Origin: an uncultured Thiomicrospira sp.
Lineage (GTDB): Bacteria; Pseudomonadota; Gammaproteobacteria; CAKMZV01
Length of the DNA stretch: 64,000 nt
Assembly: GCA_965195345.1 (NCBI GenBank)
Contig: OZ239628.1
Location: 192,001-256,000, forward strand
Direction: 5' to 3'
Of this stretch, positions 41,277-55,731 are shown one piece after another (position 1 is the stretch's first letter; each line of letters opens with the position of its first letter). The notes under the pieces were generated by a model. That model saw only the letters and a list, made by a program, of their open reading frames with translations. It ran no database searches and was not told where the DNA came from. Position numbers and translations under genes: made by a program.

Positions 41277-42902
41277 ATGCCAAAAAAACATGCATTAAAA
41301 CTTCTGCCTCCTGTAATACGATGGAACGCGGGCATTCCCCAATCGATTACATATACAGATATATTCTACAACCAAAAGGGAGGAGCATTAGAGAGTAGAC
41401 ATGTTTTTTTAGAAGGATGTGGTCTGCCAGAGAGATGGAAAGGACAAAGTTGTTTTAGTATTTGTGAAATAGGATTTGGTAGCGGGCTGAACTTTTTTGT
41501 GACGTTGGACTTGTGGGAAAAAGAACGTGAAAAAGGGCAAATTCTCTGGTATATTGCTGTTGAAAAGCACCCATGGAGTAAAGAGCAGATAGAAAAAAAC
41601 ATTCAAAACTTTCCGTACTTAGCCCCCTTTGCCCAAGAAATTTACGATAAATTGCCTCCACCCTTGCCGGGCTTTTATTTGGTGCATATTGAGAAATTGA
41701 ATGTTTTCTTGTTATTCCTTCAAGGAGATGCGCGGGAGCAATTACCGAGATTAGATGCGAAAGTGGATGCTTGGTATCTTGACGGGTTTAAACCCTCTAT
41801 AGAAGATGGGTGTTGGAGTGAAGAGGTAATTGCTGAAATCAAGCGATGTTCTCATAGGGAATCAATTCTTTCAACATTTTCTTGTGCGAGGAGGATAAAA
41901 GATGTGCTTTCACGTCAAGAAATAACTTTTCAAAAAAAGGCGGGCTGTTTGGGAAAGAGAGAGTTCTTGGTTGCCACGTTTCCTGTAAACTCTCCATTAG
42001 AAAAGACATCGAAAGCAGACAGAATCAATATCTTGGGAGATGGGGTGGCTGGAAGCGCGGTTGCCAATGCAGCGAAGAGAAGAGGGATAACAAAAATACA
42101 AATTAACAAAAAAGAGGCTCTTTTACCTGCATCAACCATTCCCGTCGCATTGGTGCACCCAAGAGTAACAGAAAAGCTTGGAGGCTTATCTCAACTGTCA
42201 ATACAAGGGTATTTCTATTTAAAAGATTGGCTAAAAGAGGCGATGCCTTCAAAAGATTATCGATTAGAGGGCGTTTTTTGTATTGATAAGGAGGGAAATA
42301 AAGAGCTCGAAGAGGGCGGGTTTGTTTTTATGGATTCGTTTAAAAAGACATTGCGAGGAAAGACGGTGCCTCAAGCAACATTAGATAAAAGCGTTGAGGA
42401 AAATGTCGAAAAAGGCTTTTTAAACTCTTCAGACCCATCTGTTATTGCTATCGGGGCGAGTGACGTAGACCCCCAATGGATTATTCACGGATCGGTTCTT
42501 ATTGTTTCATACAAAGAGGCGCACAACATTGTTAATCCAATACACTTAGATGGATACATAATACCGATGGACGAGAAAACAGTCTTAGTTGGATCAACCT
42601 TTGCCGTAGAAAGTGAAGATAAAAAGCAAGCTATAGATCGCCTAATGCTCAAGCTAAAGCTTTTTTCGCTTTCTACTAAAGGCATAAAGGGGGTAAAATT
42701 GTGGCAAGGGCGGAGGGTTAATAAGCCAGGAAGGTACCCCCTATGCTTCAAAAGAGGCAACACATGGCTTTTAAACGCCTTGGGCTCGCATGGCGTTACG
42801 CGATGTATGATCATGGCAGAGCATATTGTAAGCAAGATGACGGGTCAGCCAGACCCAATACCGAGAGATATTTCAAAACATTTTAATAGGAAGGAAAAAT
42901 GA
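41277..42902 (+). CDS. mnmC: MnmC-like bifunctional tRNA modification enzyme (shortened oxidoreductase half)
   Basis: [26 protein letters not shown] and GKRE in the methyltransferase half. G.G.AG and LGSHG in the FAD half. Confidence 0.85.
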   Translation: MPKKHALKLLPPVIRWNAGIPQSITYTDIFYNQKGGALESRHVFLEGCGLPERWKGQSCFSICEIGFGSGLNFFVTLDLWEKEREKGQILWYIAVEKHPWSKEQIEKNIQNFPYLAPFAQEIYDKLPPPLPGFYLVHIEKLNVFLLFLQGDAREQLPRLDAKVDAWYLDGFKPSIEDGCWSEEVIAEIKRCSHRESILSTFSCARRIKDVLSRQEITFQKKAGCLGKREFLVATFPVNSPLEKTSKADRINILGDGVAGSAVANAAKRRGITKIQINKKEALLPASTIPVALVHPRVTEKLGGLSQLSIQGYFYLKDWLKEAMPSKDYRLEGVFCIDKEGNKELEEGGFVFMDSFKKTLRGKTVPQATLDKSVEENVEKGFLNSSDPSVIAIGASDVDPQWIIHGSVLIVSYKEAHNIVNPIHLDGYIIPMDEKTVLVGSTFAVESEDKKQAIDRLMLKLKLFSLSTKGIKGVKLWQGRRVNKPGRYPLCFKRGNTWLLNALGSHGVTRCMIMAEHIVSKMTGQPDPIPRDISKHFNRKEK

Positions 42903-44094
42903 CATCAAAAAACGAATATGATGTGGTCGTTATAGGCGGAGGCAGCGGAGGCATTTCGATTGCAGAGTACACCGCAATGTACGGGAAAAAATGTGCAATC
43001 ATAGAAGGTTTGTACTGGGGCGGAACGTGCGTAAATGTTGGCTGTGTCCCTAAAAAATTATTTTGGCAAGCATCTAATACATATCGAAACCTTAATTATC
43101 TGAAAGGTTGGGGAATGTCCATAGAAAACAAGCATTTTGATTGGATGACATTTGCCGCCAACAGAGAAGAAAAAATTAATGAAATAGAACAATGGTACAC
43201 CACACACCTACAAGGCTTAGGAGTGGATTGTTTTAACGGATGGGGAAAGATAAAATCAAAAAACTGTGTAGAGGTAGAAGGAAAAGAGCTTACAGCTGAA
43301 AAGATCATTATTGCAACGGGAGGAAAACCAACCAAGCCGAAGAACATTCCGGGTGCAGAAATCGGCTGCATCTCCGATGATATTTTTTCTTGGAAAGAAC
43401 AGCCGAAAAAAGTGGTTATCGTGGGGTCAGGATACATTGCTCTTGAGTTTGCATTCATTCTTCAAAACTTAGGAACTCAAGTTACCTTAGTTATTCGAAA
43501 AGACCTACCTCTTTCAAGATTCGAGCCAGAGATAAAAGAGAGTATCGCCGAATACTTAAAAAAAGCGGGAGTAACGTTGCTTTGTAATAGCAATGTTTCA
43601 CGTGTAACAAAAGAACCAAATGAAGGAGTGGCGGTACATATTGATTCAGGGGAGAGAATAATTGTTGATCAATTGGTTTGGGCAATAGGACGCGAACCAA
43701 ACACTGACGGGTTGTCTGTTGAAAGTGCAGGCGTTCAACTAAAGGGTAAGCGTGTTATCACGGATAAATACAGTTGTACCAACATTGACAATGTTTTCGC
43801 GATTGGAGACGTGACAGATAGACCTCAACTTACCCCCGTTGCCATACAAGAAGGCAGAAGGTTAATAAAACGTCTGCTCGGCAATGAGAAGGAGGAGAGA
43901 ATAGACCTTAACTTTGTTCCTACCGTCGTTTTCACAACGCCACCGATAGCCGTCGTCGGAAAGATAGAGGAAGAAGCGATTAAGGAAGGCTTGGCGATTG
44001 ATGTTTATCGAAGCAAATTTTCCACGTTGTCTGATAGTTTACAGGGCAAGGGGGGAGAAGTCTTTATGAAACTGATCTGTGAAAAAGAGTCAAA

Positions 44095-45958
<1,864 letters not shown>

Positions 45959-45977
<19 letters not shown>

Positions 45978-47680
45978 AAAACGCGGTTCTGTTTTGAAGA
46001 GTCTACGGGGATTTGTGAAGGGTCCGTATTCGGATCGTACAATATTCGTGATTGAGTGATGCCGTTTTCTAAAAGGAAATTTGCCACATTTAATGCCTGA
46101 CGGTTTGCAAGCCACTGGTTGAACTCTACAGAGGGGCCAGTCCCAGCGAAAACACTTAATTTGGCTTTATAGCTTGCTGATTGCATGCTTTCAACCACTG
46201 TCTTTAGTCGAGCTTGGTTTTCTGGAGAAATTCGAGAAGAGCCGGTATCAAAAGAGATTATGTTTGAAACGTTGACATCATTAGTTGCTTTTTGATTATT
46301 ATCTGCCGCCGCTCCAGATGAAGGCGGGCGAGCGGGCGGAAGAGCAAAAGAAGTCCCGAGGGGAATAGTAAACTCATTTTTAGTAAAAGCTTGTTGTCTG
46401 CTGTTAATCTCAGTATCTATTTCCTCTATCGTATTTTCAGGCGAAGGAGTGTTAGCGTTAGATGCGTCTGCTGGATTTACGAGATCATCTTGGGGGGCAT
46501 CATCGAGGTCATCCTGGGCAATGTCATAGAGGTCATTATCTATGAAGACAAACCTTTCCAACTCAATGATGTTGTTTGTATAGTTATCATCTACAGTCTC
46601 CAGTAGTTTTTTAGATTGTGAGAGAGATCTGTCAGAAAAATTAGGGTCGGCATCCGAAAACAAGGCGTCGCTTTCATCAGAAGATGCAAGCCTATCGTTG
46701 TCCGTAGTAGCACACCCAACGGAATCAACTATGGCTCCTAAACGTGAATCTGAGCAAAGGTCTTGAGAGTCAGGGATGCCATCCGAGTCAAAGTCGGCTT
46801 CTGCATTTTCACCTGCTGAGTCTTGAGAAAATAGAGCGTTGTTTTCACTGAGGTCCCCACTATCAATTAAGGATTGTAGGTTATTTGCGTCGCTTCCTGT
46901 TTCTATACCCTCCTCGTTTATGCTTCTTATGCCACCACCAGCAACGCTAATCTGGTCACCAGAATCTATTGAATCATCCGTTCTAATTTTATCGGTTGTC
47001 AAACTAAATCGATATGAAAGAGAGAGGCCTATATATTCATACCCGGATGCAGGGCGGGCTCCTAATAAAGTAAGCCCCCAACCGTTGGAGAGGAAATAGT
47101 TAAATCCTCCAGCTAAGGAGAGAGAGAGGGCATCAGGTTCTTGAATTGTAAGAGAGATGTTAGGATCTACGTCTTCGTGAGTAATTCTCACTGAGGCGAC
47201 TCCAGCTTCACCAAAAAAATGAAAGCCAAAGGTTCTATTAGGGTATGCATATCCTAATAGAGCACTAAAGGCAGAGCTTCGTAGACGGATTTCTGGAAAT
47301 AAGTTAGAGACAAAGGAGATTTGTGTATCACCATAAAAAGTGTAATCAAAGCGGGTGTAAAAATTCTCATAGAGTTGAATAGAAAGAGCCGCATGAAAAG
47401 GGTTGCCGGATGAGGAAATTCTTTCAGTGGCGCTCGCGCCTACATTAGAACCTCCAGCAGTGATTGAAGGCGTTATATTTGCGCTTCCTCTGCCAACATC
47501 AATGGAGAAATACTCTGCAACCGCATACAAATTTGGGGATAGTAACGCCAAAAATACACAAAGTCCTATGGTTTGAACTTCCTTCTTTATGGTAATTTTA
47601 TACGCCCTTGGAACAACAAAAGAAAGCATAAGCAAAGAAAATGTTGTAAACATAATAAAGTAGACTGCGTATGATCCCAT
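45959..47680 (-). CDS. OprF/OmpA-like outer membrane protein with long acidic linker
   Basis: Signal peptide, beta-barrel-like N-domain ending LSYRF, D.D.DG..D..D.C..........GC motif and a degenerate OmpA_C domain (ISFDTGSS...NQWLANRQA.NV..FL). The start is uncertain. Confidence 0.75.
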
Positions 47681-47729
47681 AAAAAAGAAAAAATATCAAG
47701 GGCTTATGCCAACTTTTTTATGCAAAACA

Positions 47730-48446
47730 TTAGGTATGTGTTTCGTTTATGATACTTAGTGCTTGTTGAAAGTCTTCTTTTGTGTCAATACCTATTGATG
47801 GCTTGTCGGTTTCTATCAACTTTATTTTGAATCCAGCATAAAGCCCCCTTAATTGTTCAAGTTGTTCTTGCTCCTCAATTTCACAAGGAGGGAGAGACTT
47901 CCAAGTCTCTAAAAATTTTCGATTATAAGCATAGACACCAACATGCTTGAAACCCCAAAAATCGCTATTTTCTTGAGGAAAGGGAATTGGACTGCGTGAG
48001 AAAAACATTCCATACGCATCATTATTAAAAACGACTTTAACAATGTTTGGATTTGTTAACTCGTTTTTTTCAAAAATTTTATGATATGCACTAACCCAAT
48101 AACTTCCATCTTGTAGCGTTGCACTGAGCTGACGGATGAGAACGGGGGAAATAAAGGGTTCATCTCCTTGAATGTTTATTATGTGTTCTGCATTCACTTT
48201 ACTGCAGGCTTCAGCAATACGAGAAGTTCCAGAGGTGTGTTTTTTCGTCATAATGACACGCGAGAACGTTGAGCAGGCATCGGCAATGTTTTGGTCTTCT
48301 GTTGCGATATAAACATCGCCCACATCCGCCTCAATAGCACGGTTATAGACATGTTGAATGACAGGAATATCCCCCAATTGAAGCAAAAGTTTTCCGGGAA
48401 GGCGGGTCGAGTGAAAACGAGCAGGAATGATAATTGCAGTACGCAT
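47730..48446 (-). CDS. kdsB: CMP-KDO synthetase
   Basis: IPARF.STRLPGK, H.SGT.R, NIQGDEP and E.LEQLR motifs. Confidence 0.97.
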   Translation of the reverse strand: MRTAIIIPARFHSTRLPGKLLLQLGDIPVIQHVYNRAIEADVGDVYIATEDQNIADACSTFSRVIMTKKHTSGTSRIAEACSKVNAEHIINIQGDEPFISPVLIRQLSATLQDGSYWVSAYHKIFEKNELTNPNIVKVVFNNDAYGMFFSRSPIPFPQENSDFWGFKHVGVYAYNRKFLETWKSLPPCEIEEQEQLEQLRGLYAGFKIKLIETDKPSIGIDTKEDFQQALSIINETHT

Positions 48447-48458
48447 GATCTTAATGGC

Positions 48459-50159
48459 TTATGCTAACAACGCAATCGCCTCATCAATATCTAATATCTG
48501 TATAGCATCAAGAACGCGACTTTTATGTTCTACTTTCTTCTCATCAATCAACTTGGGGCTGATTACTAAGCGATGCGGAATACCAATCAAATCAAGTTCT
48601 GCGAACTTCACTCCAGGGCGTTCGTCGCGATCATCCAACAAAACGTCAACCCCTTTATCGAGCAGCATCGAATAGATATCGTTACACACATTGATTACTC
48701 TGGGGTCTTTATGCGCGTTTAAAGGTACGATCACAACCTCAAATGGAGCAACATTCATTGGCCATATAATGCCCTTTTCATCATGAAATTGTTCAATAGT
48801 GGACGGAACAAGTCTGGATACCCCTATCCCGTAGCAACCCATTAAAGGGGTGATTGGTTTTCCAGTTTTGTCGAGCGAACTTAATTGCATTGACTTGGAG
48901 TATTTATCACCTAACATGAAAATATGCCCCACCTCGATGCCTCGCTTAATCTGTAAAACGCCCTTTCCATCAGGGCTTGGGTCTCCGTCAGTAACGTTGC
49001 GAATATCTTCAATTTCAGGCAGCTCAACATCACGCCCCCAATTAATATTGAAATAATGCCAATCGTCTTCGTTTGCCCCTGCTGAAAAGTCACTCATGAC
49101 AGCAACGGCACGATCAACAATCAACGGTATTGGCAAACCGACAGGTCCAAGAGAGCCCGGTTTTGCTCCAATAGCCAGAGCAATATCTTCTTCTGATGCC
49201 ATTGTTAGAGGCTTGGCTATTTGGGGCAACTTTTCCGCTTTGACTGCATTCAATTGATGATCTCCTCTAACCAGTAGGGCAATCAGATTAGAAGGCTGTC
49301 CATCATCCGCGTTGACGATAAGCGTTTTAACGGTTTTTTCAATAGGAATGTCAAAGTTTTTTACTAAAGCGGCGATAGTTTTTTCATTGGGCGTATGTAC
49401 GCGTGCCATTTCCTCAGAGGGTGCTGGTCGTTCCGAGTGGCATACCGCTTCAGCAACTTCCATATTTGCCGCATAATCACTGTCTGAAGAAACAACAATC
49501 GCGTCTTCACCGCTTTTTGCTAATACGTGAAATTCTTGAGAAGTGCTGCCACCAATGGAGCCTCCATCGGCTCGAACGGCTCTAAAATCAAGACCAATTC
49601 GAGATAAAATATCGGAATAGGCTGTGTGCATTGCACGATAACTTTTTTCCAAACATGCATCATCCATATTGAAGGAATACGCATCTTTCATAGTAAATTC
49701 GCGCGCGCGCATTAAACCAAATCGAGGGCGAATCTCATCACGGAATTTTGTCTGAATTTGATAAAGGTTAAGCGGCAACTGCTTGTAACTTTTCAAAATA
49801 CTACGTAAATAATCGGTTACAACTTCTTCATGTGTTGGTCCAAGACAAAAAGAACGCCCATGACGATCAGGAAAGCGCAACAATTCTGGACCATAATCAA
49901 CCCACCGCCCGGATTCTTCCCATAATTCTGCCGGCTGAACCATCGGCATAATAATTTCCAACGCGCCGCTTTTGTTCATTTCTTCTCGAACGATATTCTC
50001 TATCTTGCGATAAACACGCGTCCCTAAAGGGGTCCAAGTATATAACCCACTTGCGAGCATTTTAATCATTCCTGCGCGCAACATCAGCTGATGGCTGATG
50101 GTTTCTGCTTCAGACGGAGTTTCTTTTAAAGTGTTAATAACAAATTTCGATGCACGCAT
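48459..50159 (-). CDS. proS: Proline--tRNA ligase
   Basis: [29 protein letters not shown] editing domain and MGCYGIG. Confidence 0.98.
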   Translation of the reverse strand: MRASKFVINTLKETPSEAETISHQLMLRAGMIKMLASGLYTWTPLGTRVYRKIENIVREEMNKSGALEIIMPMVQPAELWEESGRWVDYGPELLRFPDRHGRSFCLGPTHEEVVTDYLRSILKSYKQLPLNLYQIQTKFRDEIRPRFGLMRAREFTMKDAYSFNMDDACLEKSYRAMHTAYSDILSRIGLDFRAVRADGGSIGGSTSQEFHVLAKSGEDAIVVSSDSDYAANMEVAEAVCHSERPAPSEEMARVHTPNEKTIAALVKNFDIPIEKTVKTLIVNADDGQPSNLIALLVRGDHQLNAVKAEKLPQIAKPLTMASEEDIALAIGAKPGSLGPVGLPIPLIVDRAVAVMSDFSAGANEDDWHYFNINWGRDVELPEIEDIRNVTDGDPSPDGKGVLQIKRGIEVGHIFMLGDKYSKSMQLSSLDKTGKPITPLMGCYGIGVSRLVPSTIEQFHDEKGIIWPMNVAPFEVVIVPLNAHKDPRVINVCNDIYSMLLDKGVDVLLDDRDERPGVKFAELDLIGIPHRLVISPKLIDEKKVEHKSRVLDAIQILDIDEAIALLA

Positions 50160-50267
50160 ATTGGAAAAGTAGTTTTAAAGTTGACAACCCCTTATTTTAC
50201 TGTATGCTATTCGGTAGCAAGTCATGCAAACAGCGGAAAATTGAAATTGATCCTCAAAGGAGAATAT

Positions 50268-52307
50268 TTAAACGGAAATATAGCTGCTATCTGAGGAATA
50301 CCATTTGTCAATCAACAGATTTGCTGTTTCGGGTTGGCTTTTCAGTAAATGCCCGCAAACGCTATGAACGGCGGGCAAAAGATCCTTATCACGACTTAAA
50401 TCGGCAACCTTGAAAAGCAAATTCCCCGTTTGCCTTGTTCCGAGCAACTCGCCTGCTCCTCGAAGAGACAAATCCTTTTCAGCCAACAAAAACCCATCCT
50501 GTGAGTCCCGCAATATTTGCAGACGAGCTTGTGCAATTTGACTTAATGGAGGGGAGTACAGAAGCAGGCACTGGCTTTGCACTTCGCCACGACCAACGCG
50601 CCCTCGCAACTGATGAAGTTGAGCCAGTCCAAGACGCTCAGCATTTTCAATCACAATAATACTTGCATTGGGAACATCAACCCCGACCTCTATAACCGTT
50701 GTCGCAACCAATATTTGTAATGTCCCGTGAATGAATTTTTGCATTGTTTCACGTTTTTCTTTCGCTTTCATCCGACCGTGAATCATTCCAATCGATACTT
50801 CAGGCAAAGATGCTTGTAATGCATCAAATCTTGTTGTTGCAGACTGCGCATCGATTGCCTCAGACTCATCGATTAACGGACACACCCAGTAAGCCTGCTT
50901 GCCTAATAAACACTGCTGATGCAACCGAACCAACAGCTCTTGATATTTTTCAGTGCTCAAAACAGACGTTTGAATTGGCTTTCGGTTGGAAGGAAGTTGT
51001 TGAATAATCGATTGGCTTAGATCCCCATAAAAAGTCATTGCTAAGGTTCTGGGAATCGGTGTTGCACTCATTATCAATTGATGGGGCGGGGTTTTAGCCT
51101 TTTCTGAAAGCTGCATTCTTTGGTCAACACCAAATCGGTGCTGTTCATCTATAACAACAAGCGCAAGATTCTTAAACTGAAAATTCTCTTGAAATAAAGC
51201 ATGCGTGCCGATAAAAATACAACAGCGATTTTTTGTTTCCGATATTGGTTTTGATGATGAAGAAACCAAAGCAACCTCAATACCTAAAGCATTAAACCAT
51301 GCAGAAAATGTTTGAAAATGTTGTTGAGCTAAAAGCTCTGTTGGTGCCATTAAAGCACCTTGATAACCCTCAGCGGCAGCCATAAGTAGAGCTGCTGCCG
51401 AAACAACGGTTTTGCCACAGCCGACATCGCCTTGCAACAATCGCAGCATGGGCGTGCGCTTTTGAACATCACTGCAAATATCTTCAATGGCACTTTGTTG
51501 ATCTTGTGTGAGCGTGAACGGCAGATTTTGTATAAAAAGGTCTTTTAAGGCGGTACTTTTAAGAGGCAATGCGTTTTTGCTCTGATTGTTTTTTCGAAAT
51601 GCCAGCAGGCTTAAATGTTGCGCACAAAGCTCTTCTACAGCGATTCTGCGATGGTATTTACTACAAAAATTTGCAAATTCATCCATTGACTCTTCAATCG
51701 ATGGTCGATGCAGTGAATGAATTGCATCATAGAAGGAACAAGAAATATTAGGGAAAGCAGTATCCAAATGCGAAGCATCATTGGGCATGCCTGCAAGAAC
51801 AAAAGCAAGGCATTTGCGCATAAAAGGCTGATGCAATCCCTCCGTTAAAGGATACACCGCTAACCAATAATTGGGTAATTGAGGTTCTTTATCCACCCAT
51901 GTTATTTCAGGGTGAACGATTTCAAAGCACTGCGCACCTTCGCGAACAACCCCAAAACATCGAAGAGCTCTACCATGTGAAAATGCTCTTGCCATTGAGG
52001 TGTGGAAGTTAAAAAAGCGCAAATTTAAAATGCCGCTATCATCGCGAACACTGACAAGAAGCATGTTTTGTCTCTTTCCGATCAGCTTTTGACGAAAAAC
52101 AGTTCCCTGAAATAAGCTCCTATTGCCTTCTGAAGCCGCCGCTATAGGAATGACGCAACTTCGATCTTCATATCGAAACGGCAGGTGCAATAAAACATCG
52201 AAATAAGTTCTTATATTAAGGCGATCAAGTTTTTCGGCAACCTTTTCTCCAACACCCGGAATATTTGTAACAGGCAGATGAAAATAAAGACGACCCGCAT
52301 CCATCAA
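50268..52307 (-). CDS. recG: ATP-dependent DNA helicase RecG
   Basis: HLPFRYED, LQGDVGCGKT, DEQHRFGV, SATPIPR and QLRGRVGRG motifs. Confidence 0.98.
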   Translation of the reverse strand: MMDAGRLYFHLPVTNIPGVGEKVAEKLDRLNIRTYFDVLLHLPFRYEDRSCVIPIAAASEGNRSLFQGTVFRQKLIGKRQNMLLVSVRDDSGILNLRFFNFHTSMARAFSHGRALRCFGVVREGAQCFEIVHPEITWVDKEPQLPNYWLAVYPLTEGLHQPFMRKCLAFVLAGMPNDASHLDTAFPNISCSFYDAIHSLHRPSIEESMDEFANFCSKYHRRIAVEELCAQHLSLLAFRKNNQSKNALPLKSTALKDLFIQNLPFTLTQDQQSAIEDICSDVQKRTPMLRLLQGDVGCGKTVVSAAALLMAAAEGYQGALMAPTELLAQQHFQTFSAWFNALGIEVALVSSSSKPISETKNRCCIFIGTHALFQENFQFKNLALVVIDEQHRFGVDQRMQLSEKAKTPPHQLIMSATPIPRTLAMTFYGDLSQSIIQQLPSNRKPIQTSVLSTEKYQELLVRLHQQCLLGKQAYWVCPLIDESEAIDAQSATTRFDALQASLPEVSIGMIHGRMKAKEKRETMQKFIHGTLQILVATTVIEVGVDVPNASIIVIENAERLGLAQLHQLRGRVGRGEVQSQCLLLYSPPLSQIAQARLQILRDSQDGFLLAEKDLSLRGAGELLGTRQTGNLLFKVADLSRDKDLLPAVHSVCGHLLKSQPETANLLIDKWYSSDSSYISV

Positions 52308-52310
52308 GCG

Positions 52311-52688
52311 TCAGAGTGCCATTATACCGTCCATTTCGACACGTGAATCCTTAGGCAGAGCGGCAACACCGATAGCAGCTCTTGCAGGATATGGTTGGTC
52401 AAAATAGCTCGCCATGATTTCATTCACAGTAGCAAAACAAGACAAATCAACAAGGAAGATATTGAGCTTAGCAATATCGTTGAGATTGCCCCCTGATGCC
52501 TCGCATACCGCTTGCAGGTTTTTAAATACTTGGTGAATTTCTGCCTCAATCGAATCGTTTACTAACGTCATTGTTTTGGGACAAAGGGGAATTTGCCCAG
52601 ACAAATAAACGGTTGACCCGACTTTAACAGCTTGGGAATAAGTGCCTACAGCGGCGGGCGCATTATTGGTTTGGATAATTTTTTTCAT
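52311..52688 (-). CDS. ridA: RidA/YjgF family deaminase
   Basis: [16 protein letters not shown] and YPARAA..V..LP motifs. Confidence 0.92.
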   Translation of the reverse strand: MKKIIQTNNAPAAVGTYSQAVKVGSTVYLSGQIPLCPKTMTLVNDSIEAEIHQVFKNLQAVCEASGGNLNDIAKLNIFLVDLSCFATVNEIMASYFDQPYPARAAIGVAALPKDSRVEMDGIMAL

Positions 52689-52830
52689 TGAGTTGCACAT
52701 TAAAATTAAGAGATTTAAAAATAGAACTGGACACCCATCTTATTATAGAAGAAAATCCATCCTTCATAGGAATACAAATAGCGGAATATGCAACAGCATA
52801 TTAACAAAAGTTGACTTTGTAGAGGCTTTA

Positions 52831-53589
52831 ATGGGAACTTTCACTGGAAATATAAGCATGTTTGTAATAAATGTTATTATCGCGGTACTTATTCTTGGCG
52901 CAGGAATTTGGGCAGCAAAAAAATTGAGCGCACTCCTCAAAAACCGACTGCAGGATAGATTTGAAGACGGGGTAATCGCACTACTAAGCAATTTGGTTTA
53001 TTGGGTAATAATTGGCACCACAAGCATTGCAGCTCTTACTCAAGTCGGCATAGAAGCAACCATCTTTATAGTAGCAATCGCGGCGGTACTTTTGATAATT
53101 GGACTTGCTTTGCAAGGCGTTCTCACGAATATAACAGCAGGCGTTCTTATAAATATTCTAAAGCCCTTTAAAACAGGCGACTATATCGAAGCGGGCGATA
53201 ACGAAGGCGTAGTACACAACATTCAGATGCTCGCAACCGAATTACTAACTCCAGACAATAGAAGAATTATTGTGCCAAACGCCCTCCTTATGCAGTCAAC
53301 AATAGTCAATCAATCATCTGAAGAGACACGCCGCATTGATTGGGTTTTTCACATAGGGCATGAAGATGATATTGATCGCGTTCGCATGGAATTGAAGCAA
53401 ATACTTGAAGCCAATGAAAAAGTGAGAAACGATTCAGAACCCTTGATATTAGTAAGCGGATTTGCCGATAAAAAAGTATCGCTCACAGTACAAGCGTGGG
53501 TGGACACGAGCGATTACTCAGAAGTGTTTTACACAATCTTTGAGCAATTTAAAAAACGGCTGGACGCATTGGGAATAAGCCTGTCTTAA
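52831..53589 (+). CDS. mscS: Small-conductance mechanosensitive channel
   Basis: 3 TMs, GLALQG.L.N..AG, PFK.GD and IVPN motifs. Start at ATG 52831. Confidence 0.92.
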   Translation: MGTFTGNISMFVINVIIAVLILGAGIWAAKKLSALLKNRLQDRFEDGVIALLSNLVYWVIIGTTSIAALTQVGIEATIFIVAIAAVLLIIGLALQGVLTNITAGVLINILKPFKTGDYIEAGDNEGVVHNIQMLATELLTPDNRRIIVPNALLMQSTIVNQSSEETRRIDWVFHIGHEDDIDRVRMELKQILEANEKVRNDSEPLILVSGFADKKVSLTVQAWVDTSDYSEVFYTIFEQFKKRLDALGISLS

Positions 53590-53660
53590 TATTTCAAATC
53601 ATTTTCAAAACGCGCTCAAAACGCTTTCAAAAGAAGCACGACCATCAGATGCGTCTAAAT

Positions 53661-53689
53661 TTAAGAAATTTGCATATTGAGAGTATAAT
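53661..53689 (+). promoter_or_regulatory. Sigma70 promoter of rnpB
   Basis: TTAAGA-17 bp-TATAAT, ending 6 nt before the RNA. Confidence 0.65.
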
Positions 53690-53695
53690 TACCCC

Positions 53696-54029
53696 GAGTT
53701 GGTCAGACAATCGCTGTACGCAGAGGAAAGTCCGGGCTTCGTAGAGCGCAATGCCAGGTAACGCCTGGGCAACGTGAGTTGACGGAAAGTGCCACAGAAA
53801 AGATACCGCCAGAAATGGTAAGGGTGAAATGGTGCGGTAAGAGCGCACCGCGGCTTTGGCAACAGAGCTGGCAAGGTAAACCCCATTGGAAGCAAGGCCA
53901 AATAGGAAGGTTCGCGAAAGCAAAGTGCGGCTCGCACTTAATCTTCGGGTAGGCTGCAAAGATGGATTTTGTGAAAAATCCACAAGATGAATGATTGTCC
54001 TAGACAGAACCCGGCTTATCGACCAACTC
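53696..54029 (+). ncRNA. rnpB: RNase P RNA (type A)
   Basis: P1 GAGTTGGTC/GACCAACTC, plus GAGGAAAGTCC, AGTGCCACAGAAA, GGTAAACCCC and ACAGAACCCGGCTTAT conserved blocks. Confidence 0.97.
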
Positions 54030-54189
54030 ACCTCATACCCAGCATACCCCTAAGAACGATAAGCGCAAGAAGTCGCCTAAGGGGATAAGAAAGGAACAGA
54101 CAAGCGCATTATTATTCAAATAACACCAAACTGAATGCCGAGAATATAACAACTTTAATGATTTTAAGCGAACTTAATAGGAATTTAGC

Positions 54190-55731
54190 ATGAAAAGCAC
54201 GCAACAACGCGCTGAATTACAACGCCACATCTGGCAAATTGCGAATGATGTTCGTGGTTCAGTGGATGGCTGGGATTTTAAGCAATATGTGCTTGGCACT
54301 TTGTTTTATCGTTTCATTAGTGAAAACTTTGCCCGTTATATGCAAGGAGGGGATAGCAGCGTTAATTATGCGGAGCTTAGCGACGATATTATTACGGATG
54401 CGATTAAGATGGACGCGATTAAAAGCAAAGGCTATATCATCTACCCCAGCCAACTATTTACCAACATCACCGCAAAAGCTCATGATAATCAAAGCCTCAA
54501 CACCGACTTAGCAAAGATATTTAACGATATTGAAAGCTCGGCAAATGGTTATCGCTCTGAGAAGGATATTAGAGGCTTGTTTGCTGATTTCGATACCACC
54601 AGTAACCGCTTGGGCAATACCGTCACTGATAAAAATACCCGACTAACTGCAGTGCTCAAAGGCGTGGAAAAACTAAACTTTGGCGAATTTGAAGACAATC
54701 AAATTGACTTATTTGGCGATGCTTATGAGTTTTTAATCTCAAATTATGCAGCAAATGCGGGTAAATCAGGGGGCGAGTTCTTTACGCCACAGCATGTCTC
54801 AAAACTCATTGCCCAGCTTGCCATGCACAAGCAAGACAAAGTGAATAAAATCTATGATCCCGCTTGTGGCTCAGGCTCGTTATTACTACAAGCTAAAAAA
54901 CAGTTTGACAATCATATTGTTAAAGAGGGGTTTTTTGGTCAAGAAATCAACCACACCACCTACAACCTTGCGCGTATGAATATGTTTTTGCATAACATCA
55001 ATTACGACAAGTTTAATATGGTGTTAGGAAACACTCTAATAGACCCCCATTTTGGCGATGATAAACCCTTTGACGCTATCGTTTCTAACCCGCCTTATTC
55101 GGTTAACTGGATTGGCTCAGACGATCCAACCCTCATCAACGATGACCGCTTTGCGCCCGCAGGAGTGCTTGCCCCCAAATCCAAAGCCGATTTCGCCTTT
55201 GTCCTGCATGCTTTGAGTTACTTATCCCCTAAAGGTCGGGCGGCAATTGTGTGCTTTCCCGGTATTTTCTATCGTGGCGGTGCAGAGCAGAAAATCCGCA
55301 AATACTTAATAGATGAAAATTATATAGAAAGCATTATTTCCCTCGCACCGAATTTATTTTACGGCACGTCAATCGCAGTCAATATCTTGGTGTTATCCAA
55401 ACACAAAACCGACAACAATACCCAATTTATTGATGCCAGTGGTTTATTTAAAAAACAAACCAACAATAACATCCTCACCGATGAACACATCACACAACTT
55501 ATGAAAGTGTTTGATAGCAAAGACAATATTGAACACTTTGCCCAATCAGTGGATTATGACGCCATCGCCAAGAACGATTACAACCTATCGGTTAGCAGCT
55601 ACGTAGAAGCCAAGGACACCCGCGAAGTCATTGATATAAACAAACTCAATGCCGAATTAAAGACCACTGTCGCCAATATAGACAAACTACGCACCGATAT
55701 TGACGCCATCGTGGCGCAAATTGACCCATGA
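54190..55731 (+). CDS. hsdM: Type I R-M methyltransferase (EcoR124/type IC-like)
   Basis: [35 protein letters not shown] and NPPY motifs. Confidence 0.97.
   Translation: MKSTQQRAELQRHIWQIANDVRGSVDGWDFKQYVLGTLFYRFISENFARYMQGGDSSVNYAELSDDIITDAIKMDAIKSKGYIIYPSQLFTNITAKAHDNQSLNTDLAKIFNDIESSANGYRSEKDIRGLFADFDTTSNRLGNTVTDKNTRLTAVLKGVEKLNFGEFEDNQIDLFGDAYEFLISNYAANAGKSGGEFFTPQHVSKLIAQLAMHKQDKVNKIYDPACGSGSLLLQAKKQFDNHIVKEGFFGQEINHTTYNLARMNMFLHNINYDKFNMVLGNTLIDPHFGDDKPFDAIVSNPPYSVNWIGSDDPTLINDDRFAPAGVLAPKSKADFAFVLHALSYLSPKGRAAIVCFPGIFYRGGAEQKIRKYLIDENYIESIISLAPNLFYGTSIAVNILVLSKHKTDNNTQFIDASGLFKKQTNNNILTDEHITQLMKVFDSKDNIEHFAQSVDYDAIAKNDYNLSVSSYVEAKDTREVIDINKLNAELKTTVANIDKLRTDIDAIVAQIDP

Noticed and set aside
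53645-54031. Minus-strand ORFs of 128 and 82 aa
   Set aside because: They are antisense to the RNase P RNA.
54130-54145. TGCCGA as an att remnant of the tRNA-Thr 3' end
   Set aside because: Only a 6-nt match, expected by chance, and no integrase is present.
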